Below, piece by piece: positions 8,343 through 17,988 of a stretch of 64,000 nucleotides of DNA (position 1 is its first letter; every line of letters starts with the position of its first letter). Origin of the DNA: Patescibacteria group bacterium (GTDB taxonomy: Bacteria > Patescibacteriota > Minisyncoccia > Phycocordibacterales > DATDWN01); NCBI GenBank assembly GCA_040384485.1, contig JAZKJH010000003.1, positions 7,556 through 71,555 of the forward strand, written 5' to 3'. The notes under the pieces were generated by a model. That model did not search any database. It was given only the letters and a program-made list of their open reading frames with translations, and was not told where the DNA came from. A program made the position numbers and the translations under genes.

Positions 8343-9689
8343 CTATATCCCCTGTCTTGAAAGTAGAGATTTTATCGTTTTGAGGGCGATTTTTATATCA
8401 AGCCAAAACGAGCGGTTCTTTATATAGTATATGTCGTAAGTCAGTTTCTCTTTTGTCAGAGACACTTCAGCTCCGTGGTGTGGGTGAATTTCCTGGTGGA
8501 TCTGAGCCCAGCCAGAGAGTCCTGGTTTTATAAGGTGTCTAATATTGTAATATGGTATTTCTTTGTCGTAGATAGAAACTCCGGAAGGCAACTCTGGTCT
8601 CGGTCCAATAAGGGAGATATCCCCTTTTATTACATTCCATAATTGAGGAAACTCATCTATTCTAGTTTTTCGAAGTATGTTACCAACTCTTGTCACGCGG
8701 TTTTCACTTCCTGCGTTCAAATCAACAATGTTTTTACTCATTGAACGAAATTTATAAAGCTTGATAAGTTTGCCGTCCTTTCCAACCCTTTCTTGAGAAA
8801 TAAATATCGAACCCTTGTCATCTAGTTTTATTGCAATGTAAACAAAAGGATAAAACAAAAGTGATGCGATTCCTAGAATTGCTGACAAAGTTATGTCCAT
8901 AATTCTCTTAAGAAAATCATAAGTGAAGTTTGGTGAGATGGATATGTTTTCCAAAAACCAACTATAGGTAACTAGGGACAGAGGGATGCGGTCGAAAATG
9001 TCCTCGTATATTTTATGAGAATCAATGAATCTAACTTTTGAAAATACCAAGTTATACAAATGTGGGAGCAGAGTGCTTATTTTTTCGTTTGCGAAATCAA
9101 CCGCAATTATTTTTATATCATTTGAATACACTTGCCTTATAATATCCTCTTGAATGTCGATAGAATCAATATTGTTTACATCTACCGAAGAAACAAACTG
9201 CAAGTCATATCTGTTGTTGCCATTTACTTCTGACAATAACTCTTTCATTTCACCTCCAGCTCCTATTATTAACGCAGGCTGCTTTTCCTTTTTTGTTATA
9301 ACTGACAAACCATACAGTCTCCAAAAAAGTACACCGGCAAAAGAAATAAGTAGATACAAAAACAATATAGTTTTTGGCGTGATACCAAAAAAAGGAAAAG
9401 CATAGAAAAAAACTACCGCTACAATACTGTTAGCAACTTGAGCATTAAAAACTATTGAAGGTAGCTTACTTTTAAGTATAAGGGTATGCTTTTCATACAA
9501 TCCTGCAATAAAATAAACTATGAACCACAATATGAATAGTAGAGAAAAAGGTATAAGGTGATCTAAATAAAGCTCTTTTTCTGGAAATTCTGTAAAGCGG
9601 ATAGAGAGTGTCAGCCAAAGTGAAAACGCAAAGAAAAATACATCTCCCAAAAAGAGTAGGACGGGTTCTTTTCTAGTAAGAATATCCAT
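8343..9689 (-). CDS. Polyprenyl-phosphate sugar phosphotransferase (WbaP/CpsE-like bacterial sugar transferase)
   Basis: C-terminal ...KLYKFRSM...RIDEFPQLWNVIKGDISLIGPRPE... bacterial sugar transferase signature. Multiple N-terminal TM helices. Confidence 0.85.
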   Translation of the reverse strand: MDILTRKEPVLLFLGDVFFFAFSLWLTLSIRFTEFPEKELYLDHLIPFSLLFILWFIVYFIAGLYEKHTLILKSKLPSIVFNAQVANSIVAVVFFYAFPFFGITPKTILFLYLLISFAGVLFWRLYGLSVITKKEKQPALIIGAGGEMKELLSEVNGNNRYDLQFVSSVDVNNIDSIDIQEDIIRQVYSNDIKIIAVDFANEKISTLLPHLYNLVFSKVRFIDSHKIYEDIFDRIPLSLVTYSWFLENISISPNFTYDFLKRIMDITLSAILGIASLLFYPFVYIAIKLDDKGSIFISQERVGKDGKLIKLYKFRSMSKNIVDLNAGSENRVTRVGNILRKTRIDEFPQLWNVIKGDISLIGPRPELPSGVSIYDKEIPYYNIRHLIKPGLSGWAQIHQEIHPHHGAEVSLTKEKLTYDIYYIKNRSFWLDIKIALKTIKSLLSRQGI

Positions 9690-9732
9690 ATGAAGTGCTA
9701 ATATAGTATGCTAAAATGACTACAAACGCAAT

Positions 9733-10872
9733 ATGAACCAGGAAAAAACAGCTATAAATAAGGTTTGTTTTGTTGTCACTAAGGGCGTATGGGGAGGTGC
9801 TCAAAAGTATGTATACAACCTAGCAACAGGCCTGCCCAAAGATAGATACGAAGCTGTAGTTGTATGTGGCGAAGGAGGAGAACTTGTGAGCAGGCTGGAA
9901 GCAGCTCGGATACGTGTATACACCATAAACACCTTAAAACGTGACATTTCAATAAAATCAGAACTCCAAAGTTTCTTGCAACTTTTCAATATACTCAGAA
10001 CTGTGCGGCCCAATGTTTTACATCTCAATAGCCCAAAAGCGGGAGGGATCGGAGCCGTGGCTGGAAGACTACTAGGTATACCTAAAATAATTTTCACTTC
10101 CCACGGGTTTGCTTTCAATGAGATTCGCTCCCCTTTTCAAAAAGCCGTGATCAGGTTGTTCTCTTGGTTAATCTTGATATTGAACAAGCAAGTTATTGTT
10201 ATCTCTGACAAAGAAAAAGCGGATGCTTTGAATATGCCCTTTATATCAGAAAATAAAATTACCTTAATAAAAAACGGCGTTGAGAGTATTGGTTTTAAAG
10301 ACCGCGAACTTGCTCGAACGGAATTGATACAAATAGTAAATAAAGAAATCCCAAAAAACGTAACCTGGATTGGCACAGTCGCTGAACTACATAAAAACAA
10401 AGGTTATGAATATATGCTTTCTGCCTTGAGTAAACTCTCCTACCCTTTTGCTTACTTCATCATCGGTGCTGGTGAAGAAAAGGAAAAAATAGAAAAGTTA
10501 ATCCAGGAATTAAATTTATCCGACAAGGTTTTCATGGTTGGGTTCTTAAACCACGCCAGTGAACACTTGAAAGCCTTCGACATTTTCACACTGACATCAG
10601 TCAAGGAGGGTCTACCTTATACCGTTATAGAAGCTGGATTTGCAGGAGTACCCGTAGCTGCAAGCAACGTTGGTGGTATACCAGACATAATAGAAAACGG
10701 AACAAGCGGAATACTAGTGACAAAAGAAAAACCTGGAGAAATCCTAAAAGCTCTGGAGTACGTAAATGAACATCGAAACGAAGTGGAAACATTTGCACAA
10801 AACCTTAAACAAAAAGTTGAGAAAGAATTTTCACTTGATGTAATGTTGGAAAAAACAATAAAGTTGTACTGA
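9733..10872 (+). CDS. Glycosyltransferase family 4 (GT-B fold)
   Basis: EGLPYTVIEAGFAGVPVAASNVGGIPDIIENGTSGILV = GT4 E-x7-E region. Confidence 0.85.
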   Translation: MNQEKTAINKVCFVVTKGVWGGAQKYVYNLATGLPKDRYEAVVVCGEGGELVSRLEAARIRVYTINTLKRDISIKSELQSFLQLFNILRTVRPNVLHLNSPKAGGIGAVAGRLLGIPKIIFTSHGFAFNEIRSPFQKAVIRLFSWLILILNKQVIVISDKEKADALNMPFISENKITLIKNGVESIGFKDRELARTELIQIVNKEIPKNVTWIGTVAELHKNKGYEYMLSALSKLSYPFAYFIIGAGEEKEKIEKLIQELNLSDKVFMVGFLNHASEHLKAFDIFTLTSVKEGLPYTVIEAGFAGVPVAASNVGGIPDIIENGTSGILVTKEKPGEILKALEYVNEHRNEVETFAQNLKQKVEKEFSLDVMLEKTIKLY

Positions 10873-10947
10873 AAAAAATTATTAGATTTTTATAAAATAA
10901 AAGACGGTTTTGGAACATTGCTCCAAAACCGTCCGCATCAGACACTC

Positions 10948-11493
10948 TCACCTAACCAAAACCTTCTCCCTCAAAGTGCATGGGATAGAAATTCCTGTAT
11001 TCTTCACAAGAGAGGTCTTTGACCCAGAAGCAACCTTAACTATATATCGATCTCCCAAAACCGCAAAGGAAACATCAGTAACAACTCTAGACTGACCAAG
11101 ATCTCCAAATCTGAAGTCAACCAGTCCTTCATCACTTACTTCGGACGATGTCTTCCCTTTTGAAAAACCGAGTAGAACCGCATATCCCTTATTCAAGTAC
11201 AAGAACTGAGAATCCCCGGAGGCATTAGTTTCCTCCAATACGGAAGGAGAAACTGTTACGTCAACTGGGCTACTTTCCAATCGACATTCGAATTGAAAGA
11301 ACTTATTTGGGTCACCTGACAATCGAGAAACATCGATGATTGCCTGATGCACCGTATGGCTCCCATCCTCTTTCGCGATAGAAACACTCAAGTAGGCATG
11401 TGGCGGTTTACTTACATTCTCCCAGTATTTCGTCGCGCAACTCGATGAGACCAAAAGAACACCCAACGCCGCTAGTCGCATATACACTGTCAT
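10948..11493 (-). CDS. Hypothetical lipoprotein
   Basis: MRLAALGVLLVSSSCAT signal peptide with lipobox. No recognisable catalytic motif. Confidence 0.45.
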   Translation of the reverse strand: MTVYMRLAALGVLLVSSSCATKYWENVSKPPHAYLSVSIAKEDGSHTVHQAIIDVSRLSGDPNKFFQFECRLESSPVDVTVSPSVLEETNASGDSQFLYLNKGYAVLLGFSKGKTSSEVSDEGLVDFRFGDLGQSRVVTDVSFAVLGDRYIVKVASGSKTSLVKNTGISIPCTLREKVLVR

Positions 11494-11545
11494 TAAGCCC
11501 CCCGGCTCATAGTATAGTATTTCTAAAAAACTTCAAATGTAGAAA

Positions 11546-12685
11546 CTATACTCCGTCTAGTTCATTTTTTGAAAGATCTTTGTGAATACTCCTACTCGAT
11601 CCCCTCATACCCATGAGCATCCCAAGTCCCAAAAATTCTGTTAGCAAGTGACTCCCTCCATAACTCATAAACGGAAGTGTGTTTCCTGTTACTGGAAGTA
11701 AACCGATATTCATTCCCACATGAATCACTGTATGAACTACAAATAAAATAGTGAGTCCCGCACCAAATAATATCTCGAAGTTCCCTCCTCCGTTAAAAGA
11801 TATTTTGAGCATTCTCCAAAAAACTAGTCCGTAAAGAATAAACAGAAGACCTACTCCGATAAACCCCCACTCTTCTGCAAAAGATGCGAACATAAAGTCG
11901 GTTTCGTACTCTGGTAAATACTGAAGCTTACTCTGTGTTCCGTATCCTATCCCCTTACCGAGTACACCTCCTGAACCTACCGCAATAACTGACTGATAGG
12001 CGTTATACCCTGTACCCCGAATATCTGCGAGAGGATTGATGAAGTTTGCTATTCGAGCCTTTTGATATGGTTTGAAAACTGCTGTCCACAAAAACCCGAA
12101 CGAAAGAAGCCCTATCAAAAAAACTCCGAACAAATGTTTTTTGGAAATACCTGAGACTAACACCATTCCTAACCAGACAAAAAATATAATAATAGCAGAA
12201 CCAAAGTCAGGTTGTAAAAATACGAGTCCAAAAATCACAAACACATAAAAACCGGATACTAGTATGTGTCTCACGTTGGCTATTTCTATATGACGCCGTG
12301 AAAAATATTTTGCAAGAATTAAAATAACCACTAGCTTGATAGGGTCTGCAGGTTGAAAAGAAAAGAACCCCAAGTTAAACCAACTCTGAGCACCCTTGAA
12401 AACACTCCCCACGATAAACAGCAACGAGAGTAGCCCAACGGACAGCATAAAAAGCGAGACTATTATTTTTGTATTCTTCAGAAATGACCAGTTTATCTGA
12501 CTGGTGATTATAAATGCGACTATTGAAACTATAAGCCAGATTGATTGCCGTTCAAAAAAAGCACTCTCTCCCACAAAAGAGTTCATGGTAACTAGTCCAG
12601 CCAAACTCAAAAAAATAACACTTAAAAACAATGTTAAATCAATATTCTTAAAAAGAGTTTTATAAAGCTGACCTAATATGTTCAT
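11546..12685 (-). CDS. SEDS-family peptidoglycan glycosyltransferase (FtsW/RodA)
   Basis: ~10 TM helices plus conserved GSGGVLGKGIG...LPE.ETDFMFA...PFMSYGGS motifs. Confidence 0.9.
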   Translation of the reverse strand: MNILGQLYKTLFKNIDLTLFLSVIFLSLAGLVTMNSFVGESAFFERQSIWLIVSIVAFIITSQINWSFLKNTKIIVSLFMLSVGLLSLLFIVGSVFKGAQSWFNLGFFSFQPADPIKLVVILILAKYFSRRHIEIANVRHILVSGFYVFVIFGLVFLQPDFGSAIIIFFVWLGMVLVSGISKKHLFGVFLIGLLSFGFLWTAVFKPYQKARIANFINPLADIRGTGYNAYQSVIAVGSGGVLGKGIGYGTQSKLQYLPEYETDFMFASFAEEWGFIGVGLLFILYGLVFWRMLKISFNGGGNFEILFGAGLTILFVVHTVIHVGMNIGLLPVTGNTLPFMSYGGSHLLTEFLGLGMLMGMRGSSRSIHKDLSKNELDGV

Positions 12686-12690
12686 ATAGA

Positions 12691-13446
12691 CTAAGGTATT
12701 CTATGAATAACGTTTACAACACTGACTGGCCTTTCAAAAGGTTTTTGCCATGTAAATACAAAGTCCTGAGTCTCTCCCCTAAAAAGGTTCGTCACATAGG
12801 TTCGGGAAGTTCCTATCACGTTCTCGTCAGCATCCATCACAAGCACAACTAACTCTATATCTTTTATATCTTTTATGGACCTGTTGGTCACTGTCCCTCT
12901 CACCTTTGGTGCAGTCTCGGCAGTTTCTACTGAACCATATGTAACATTGACCTCTGGTTCTACTGATGTATCTTTCTGCCAAGGTGAAAAAGCTGTGAAG
13001 CGGAACTCGGCAAATTTGGGAACTGTATGACGCACAATAATACCGGTTTTAAATATCGCAAATCTTTTGTTTTTCGGAATAGAAGTGGAACCACTTTCAA
13101 CTAAAATAGGTCGGTTGTCTTCGTCAAAGAGTCTGAAGTCATATGTAGCTTTGGCATTTTTAGAGTTTATGTTTGGATTTTCCACTAACGCAGTCACACT
13201 ATATACATCTCCAGAAATAGGAAAAACTTTTGCCCAGATAACTGTTGGGGAAAGTGCGTCGTTGGAACACAGGTTCACACAGCTTCCGCCACAGTCTATC
13301 CCGGCCTCAGTACCGTTTTTTACACCGTCAGTACAAGTAGGTGCTTGATAAAGCAGATTCCATGCCAAGATAACTACACCGACCAAAACAACAAACAAAA
13401 AACTACCCCCGTACACAAATCTTCTTTTTGTAGACCACATTGCCAT
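12691..13446 (-). CDS. Hypothetical membrane-anchored protein
   Basis: ORF with N-terminal TM segment and Cys-rich stretch CTDGVKNGTEAGIDCGGSCVNLC. Sits in an operon-like array. Confidence 0.45.
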   Translation of the reverse strand: MAMWSTKRRFVYGGSFLFVVLVGVVILAWNLLYQAPTCTDGVKNGTEAGIDCGGSCVNLCSNDALSPTVIWAKVFPISGDVYSVTALVENPNINSKNAKATYDFRLFDEDNRPILVESGSTSIPKNKRFAIFKTGIIVRHTVPKFAEFRFTAFSPWQKDTSVEPEVNVTYGSVETAETAPKVRGTVTNRSIKDIKDIELVVLVMDADENVIGTSRTYVTNLFRGETQDFVFTWQKPFERPVSVVNVIHRIP

Positions 13447-13471
13447 ATCAACATATTATAGCAAAATTAGC

Positions 13472-16400
13472 CTAGTTCGCTAGACACAAAGTCGTGTCGC
13501 AAAATTCAAGATTATCTACAATAATAGACCCTGGAATTGTTTCGTATACATCGTCAGAGGTGCCTAGTATCTTGGAATTACTTACAATAACATCTGCAAC
13601 AGATCGACCAACGGGACTTACTGCCTCTACTGCATACCCGGATTCAAAATCGGAAATGGTAAGCCCTGTCGCGTCGACCACTCCACCTACTACATACAAA
13701 CCACTTTGACCTGTGTTGTTGATGTTTAAATCAGTGATAGTTGTAGTTGAAAAATATAGTGCGAGACCGTTATTCTCCGAACCATCAATCGTAGTACTAC
13801 TTATCTCGGCGAACGAATTATATATTGCGATGCCGTCATTGCCTGCATTTTCTATAACAATATTATCCATTACCATTATAGAGCTGTTATAACCTGCAAC
13901 AGCTTCCCCTGTTGTGCTTGCAATGGTTACATTTTCTAAAACTAAAGATGCACCGTTATAAGCATTTATTCCACTTCCATTGTTCAAAAAACTTGAATTA
14001 GTTATTTTTACTTTGGATTCATTTAATAATCCGATAGTTTCTGTGTTCTTAAATAAAACGTTTTCAAAAGTACTTGTTGCTTGGTTGGTGTTAAACCAGA
14101 AAAATCCTCCCGAACTTTCGGATGCTGATTCAAAAGTAGTTATCTCTCCTGCCCCGCCTGCAACAACCTTACCTAGAACCAAAAAGTTTCCGAAGTTTGG
14201 ATCATCGTCTTTTATAAACATTATCTCTGAACCTTCCTCGATAGTTAGTGTGGACGATGCAGAAACAATAATAGTATCGAAGACTGCATATGGACCGTTT
14301 TTAGAATCTAAAACTAAATCTTCCTCTATCAATGTACCTCCATCATTTATCAGATAACTTAAACTGTTATGCTCTCCGGGAGTAGCGTTTACTTCTTCCC
14401 CATCCGAGTCTGTGCCATTCTTTATAAAACTCAGGTTGTAACCCCAGTTTGAAAAGTCGGATCCAAGATTCATAGATTTTTTTCGTTCTATACTTTCCCA
14501 ATTTCCCTGGTTATAAATATCTGTACTGTCTTCAATTTTCCAAAATGGAGTAGAATCAAAACGATCCTCTCCATAAAGCAAAACTATTTCTTCTCCATAA
14601 TCGTTGAAGATATTTTCTACTGGCTCATCCCAACTAAAAATACTGGCTCCATTGTCAACACTAACTGAGTTACTCCCTCTCATCAGTAATAAATATGAAT
14701 TTGGAGCCAAAGTTCCGACCAGAGGTATAATTGTATTTCCATTATTTATTTTCAATCCCCAATGAGACATATCTATACTGTGGCTGGTGTTATTTTTAAG
14801 TTCCAACCACTCATCTCCATCGCTTGCTGATGTCCCCCAAAAAGCTATCTCATTTATAGCTACCGGAATTGTTGCCACAGAAAAGCTAGCGGTAGTGGTG
14901 GGTGGTTCTGTGGATCCAGCGAGTATTGGAGAGAGCTCAAATGTGTAGTCAGAAAAATCTTCTAAGGTAAGTGCTATGCTTGTAGAAGTTGTTGTTGAGA
15001 CTGCACCGTTTAAAGAAATGTTGTACCCTAAAGCACCAGTTTCTGCCTCCCATGATATTGAAACAACAGTATCGGATATTAGACATCTGGATATAGATAT
15101 GGATTCATTACATTGGTTGATGGTAATCTTTTGAATTGGAGCGGGAGTTATACCACCCGAGTTCGCATTGTTTTGATTTGTAGGAGCTGTTTTTACTTTT
15201 CCACCCGCATCACTTTTTGGCATAATCGGTACGATTTGAATAATCTCTGGTATCGGTTTCTCCTCAACTTTCTCTTTTTCTATTTCTTTCTCCTCATCTT
15301 TTTGTGGAAGTTTTTCTACTGTCGAAGAAGGTGTGGTTTTACTCACAACCTTAGTTACTTCCTTATCTTTCAGTTCATCTGGTTTTTGCTCAGTGTCAGA
15401 AGAAGATGTTTGCGCAACAGATTCTATCTGGTTTGAACTGAACATGGAGTTCAAACCGCTTGCGAGCAATCTCCCTGAATTGAAAACGAAGTGACTAGTT
15501 TGTTCTATACCCTTGTAAACCAAAGTTCCACCAGTTTCTAAAATATTTTTACTAACTCCATATAGCTGTACAGTAGTATCCAAACCAAAAACAACTACAT
15601 CACTCCCAGTATTTAAAACAAAATTTGATGTTTTATACAGCCCCGATATGGTTGCCGAGCCTGTGTTGGCGACTGGATCAGCAACTACAAACATAGCTCC
15701 AGTTATTTTATGCCCTAGTGATATTTTAGGAGGATTAATGCAAGGACCATCTGGTTTTTGTATCGTATTATCCTGAAGACGATTCAGTGATTTTTCTATA
15801 TCAGAAACTATTCTTCCAGCTTGGTGTTTTAAGTAAGTTGTAGAAAACCCATGACCATTTGAATCCCCATCTTTTGAAATATCTATAGTTATGTTGGGAG
15901 TCATTATATTCCTACGTAAAGTGCTGCCCACCAAACCAGCAATAACTTTGTCGGTGGTGGATGTGAGCCATAGTCCTTCACCAGAAATCCTTCCTGATGG
16001 AGTAGCTAACGCATACACCCCTATAGACTCTTTAGGTACTCCACCTTCCTGCCCTGCCACCACATCATAAAAACTGTTGGCATAAAAATTGCCCTGTGAA
16101 TGGGCAACAATTAAAACTTTTTGAGTTGTGATCTTCTGACTCGCGGTTTTTAACATCTCGGTCAAATCGTAGTCTTGAATGATTTCATCATCCAATAGTC
16201 CCTGATATGCTGCCTTGAGTACATCCCCTAACCCAGCCAAGTGTGAAGGGTTGTGTATAAAATCAATTTTGAGCGGTTGGTTGTTGAAATTAAAACCAAA
16301 TTTTCTTTCAAGTTCTCTTTTATTGTCTCTGGCTTCTTCTTCGTTTGTAAAAATACCATTAAGGGTCAAAATCGTGTACCCGTCTTTCGAACAAGCATCA

Positions 16401-16474
16401 TTTGCCAAAACTAAAGTTGGTGACAGAAGAAATAAAAATACAATTATTTTTATTTGTTTTTTCCAAAAATTCAT
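13472..16474 (-). CDS. Secreted multidomain protein (1000 aa): alpha/beta-hydrolase (lipase-like AHSQG), Glu/Lys-rich linker, FN3-like, lamin-tail-domain-like, C-terminal parallel beta-helix repeats
   Basis: Signal peptide. VAHSQGN nucleophile-elbow motif. INEIAFWGTSASDGDEWLELKNNTSHSIDMSHWGL resembles LTD. C-terminal repetitive N-x-G/S/T beta-helix-like repeats. Confidence 0.7.
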   Translation of the reverse strand: MNFWKKQIKIIVFLFLLSPTLVLANDACSKDGYTILTLNGIFTNEEEARDNKRELERKFGFNFNNQPLKIDFIHNPSHLAGLGDVLKAAYQGLLDDEIIQDYDLTEMLKTASQKITTQKVLIVAHSQGNFYANSFYDVVAGQEGGVPKESIGVYALATPSGRISGEGLWLTSTTDKVIAGLVGSTLRRNIMTPNITIDISKDGDSNGHGFSTTYLKHQAGRIVSDIEKSLNRLQDNTIQKPDGPCINPPKISLGHKITGAMFVVADPVANTGSATISGLYKTSNFVLNTGSDVVVFGLDTTVQLYGVSKNILETGGTLVYKGIEQTSHFVFNSGRLLASGLNSMFSSNQIESVAQTSSSDTEQKPDELKDKEVTKVVSKTTPSSTVEKLPQKDEEKEIEKEKVEEKPIPEIIQIVPIMPKSDAGGKVKTAPTNQNNANSGGITPAPIQKITINQCNESISISRCLISDTVVSISWEAETGALGYNISLNGAVSTTTSTSIALTLEDFSDYTFELSPILAGSTEPPTTTASFSVATIPVAINEIAFWGTSASDGDEWLELKNNTSHSIDMSHWGLKINNGNTIIPLVGTLAPNSYLLLMRGSNSVSVDNGASIFSWDEPVENIFNDYGEEIVLLYGEDRFDSTPFWKIEDSTDIYNQGNWESIERKKSMNLGSDFSNWGYNLSFIKNGTDSDGEEVNATPGEHNSLSYLINDGGTLIEEDLVLDSKNGPYAVFDTIIVSASSTLTIEEGSEIMFIKDDDPNFGNFLVLGKVVAGGAGEITTFESASESSGGFFWFNTNQATSTFENVLFKNTETIGLLNESKVKITNSSFLNNGSGINAYNGASLVLENVTIASTTGEAVAGYNSSIMVMDNIVIENAGNDGIAIYNSFAEISSTTIDGSENNGLALYFSTTTITDLNINNTGQSGLYVVGGVVDATGLTISDFESGYAVEAVSPVGRSVADVIVSNSKILGTSDDVYETIPGSIIVDNLEFCDTTLCLAN

Positions 16475-16475
16475 T

Positions 16476-17078
16476 TTAGTCTGGCAATTTTGAGTAATCT
16501 ATATCACAATAAGGATCTAAAGAACTGTAACTTCCTATTTGGTCATAGAAACTTTTCTGAAACTCCTGCCTATGTTCAGTATTGGAATGCAATTTTTCAA
16601 CAAATTCAACCAGCTCATCACTTTCCTTGAAAAATCTTTCTAAATTACTTCTAGATAATATTTCGGTAGTACACAAAGAAGCTCTGTCGCCCTCCTGAGA
16701 TACAGCAACCACAATATCAGTATTAACAAACGGCTGGGTAAATTCCATCTGCAGAGCCAATGCATACTGCAAAGATACAGCTCTTTTTTTAGCGGAGTTA
16801 GGATACTTTTCAAAAATAGCTAGTTCTACGTCATCCCTTATTCCGTTTGCATTTGCATCCACTCCTACCACAGTTACGTCAGCCCTATCTCCCGGAGGCG
16901 GAGGAAGGTCCTTACCCATCACATCATCGAGTGTAAGTTTAGTTGCGTGAATCTTGGCAACCACAGCATCAGTCTTTTTTTGGTTATTCAATAAAAAACC
17001 TCTATACACCACAACCCCCAAAAACAAAACTAAAATAGTTACTCCCGCCCACTTCGCTATCTTTTTAAAAAGATTCAT
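16476..17078 (-). CDS. Hypothetical membrane-anchored protein (200 aa)
   Basis: N-terminal TM. Start overlaps the downstream gene by a few nt, so likely co-transcribed with 13472..16474. Confidence 0.45.
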   Translation of the reverse strand: MNLFKKIAKWAGVTILVLFLGVVVYRGFLLNNQKKTDAVVAKIHATKLTLDDVMGKDLPPPPGDRADVTVVGVDANANGIRDDVELAIFEKYPNSAKKRAVSLQYALALQMEFTQPFVNTDIVVAVSQEGDRASLCTTEILSRSNLERFFKESDELVEFVEKLHSNTEHRQEFQKSFYDQIGSYSSLDPYCDIDYSKLPD

Positions 17079-17135
17079 ATAGAAATATTATTACCCAAAT
17101 TATACCAACCCTATCCCACCATTCACATCAAAATT

Positions 17136-17846
17136 GTGGATAACTATCCAAGGGCATCCCTTGGATATAGGTATACTATTATTATGGAGAGAAGATTTGA
17201 ATTCTCAATTGGAGAATTTTATCACGTCTACAATAGGGGCAACAACAAATCCACAATATTCTTTGATGATAAGGACCGGGCCCGTTTCCAAAAGTTACTT
17301 TATATATGTAACGGCTCCAAACCTGTTGTTTTCAAAAATGTCCAAGGGGTGCCCTTGGATAAAATAGATGTGGGAGAAAAACTGGTTGATATTGGCTTAT
17401 ATTGCCTTATGCCGAACCACTTTCATCTTTTATTGCGAGAAATAAAAGAAGGCGGTATTAGTCGTTTCATGGAAAAAATGTCCACCGCATATTCAATGTA
17501 TTTTAATAAAAAATACAATAGAACTGGTAAATTGTTTGAGGGAAGGTTCCAAGCATCTCACATACAGGATGATCGACATCTTAAATATCTGTTCTGCTAT
17601 ATACACCTCAATCCAGTTAAAATAATCAATCTTAATTGGAGAACTGCAGAAATAAAAAGCGCAAACGAAACACAAAAATATTTAGACCAGTATACTTACT
17701 CAAGTTTTATGGATTACAAATCAGTTTCTCGAAAAGAAGATATTATTCTTAATAAATCATCCTTTCCGGAGTACTTTTCCGAACCGAGAGAATTTGAGAA
17801 GTTTATAGATGAGTGGCTCACCATCCAAGGGATGCCCTTGGATTAA
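17136..17846 (+). CDS. HUH Y1 transposase, IS200-like / REP-associated tyrosine transposase
   Basis: FYHVYNRGNNK...CLMPNHFHLLL (HuH motif) typical of Y1 transposases (PF01797-like). The more likely start is MERRFEF at ~17184. Confidence 0.8.
   Translation: MDNYPRASLGYRYTIIMERRFEFSIGEFYHVYNRGNNKSTIFFDDKDRARFQKLLYICNGSKPVVFKNVQGVPLDKIDVGEKLVDIGLYCLMPNHFHLLLREIKEGGISRFMEKMSTAYSMYFNKKYNRTGKLFEGRFQASHIQDDRHLKYLFCYIHLNPVKIINLNWRTAEIKSANETQKYLDQYTYSSFMDYKSVSRKEDIILNKSSFPEYFSEPREFEKFIDEWLTIQGMPLD
17148..17164. repeat. REP-like palindrome CCAAGGGCATCCCTTGG (copy 1, 5' of transposase)
   Basis: Perfect 7-3-7 palindrome. Five copies lie within 1.6 kb. Confidence 0.8.
17342..17358. repeat. REP-like palindrome copy 2 (CCAAGGGGTGCCCTTGG), inside transposase CDS
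   Basis: Encodes ..QGVPLDK.. within the ORF. Confidence 0.7.
17825..17841. repeat. REP-like palindrome copy 3 (CCAAGGGATGCCCTTGG), at transposase C-terminus
   Basis: Encodes ..IQGMPLD* at the end of the ORF. Confidence 0.7.
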
Positions 17847-17877
17847 ATAACAGCATATAATTAGGTCACAAATCTAT

Positions 17878-17894
17878 CCAAGGGCATCCCTTGG
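17878..17894. repeat. REP-like palindrome copy 4 (3' of transposase)
   Basis: CCAAGGGCATCCCTTGG, identical to copy 1. Confidence 0.8.
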
Positions 17895-17940
17895 ACTGTT
17901 AGGTGAGACCTATGTAGAGTTATCCACAGGTTAAGGTAAC

Positions 17941-17969
17941 AAAAAACCCAGGAGGACCTGGGTTTTTTT
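17941..17969. terminator. Bidirectional rho-independent terminator
   Basis: aaaaaa-CCCAGGAGGACCTGGG-ttttttt between convergent genes. Confidence 0.7.
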
Positions 17970-17988
17970 AGTTTAAGAGAGGTGTGGT

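Larger units (their letters stand above)
17135..17928 (+). mobile_element. IS200/IS605-like (RAYT-type) element bounded by inverted TGTGGATAA ends and subterminal REP-like palindromes
   Basis: Left end TGTGGATAACTATCCAAGGGCATCCCTTGGAT. Right end is its inverted counterpart ATCCAAGGGCATCCCTTGGACTG...AGTTATCCACA. Encloses a single HUH Y1 transposase ORF. Confidence 0.65.
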
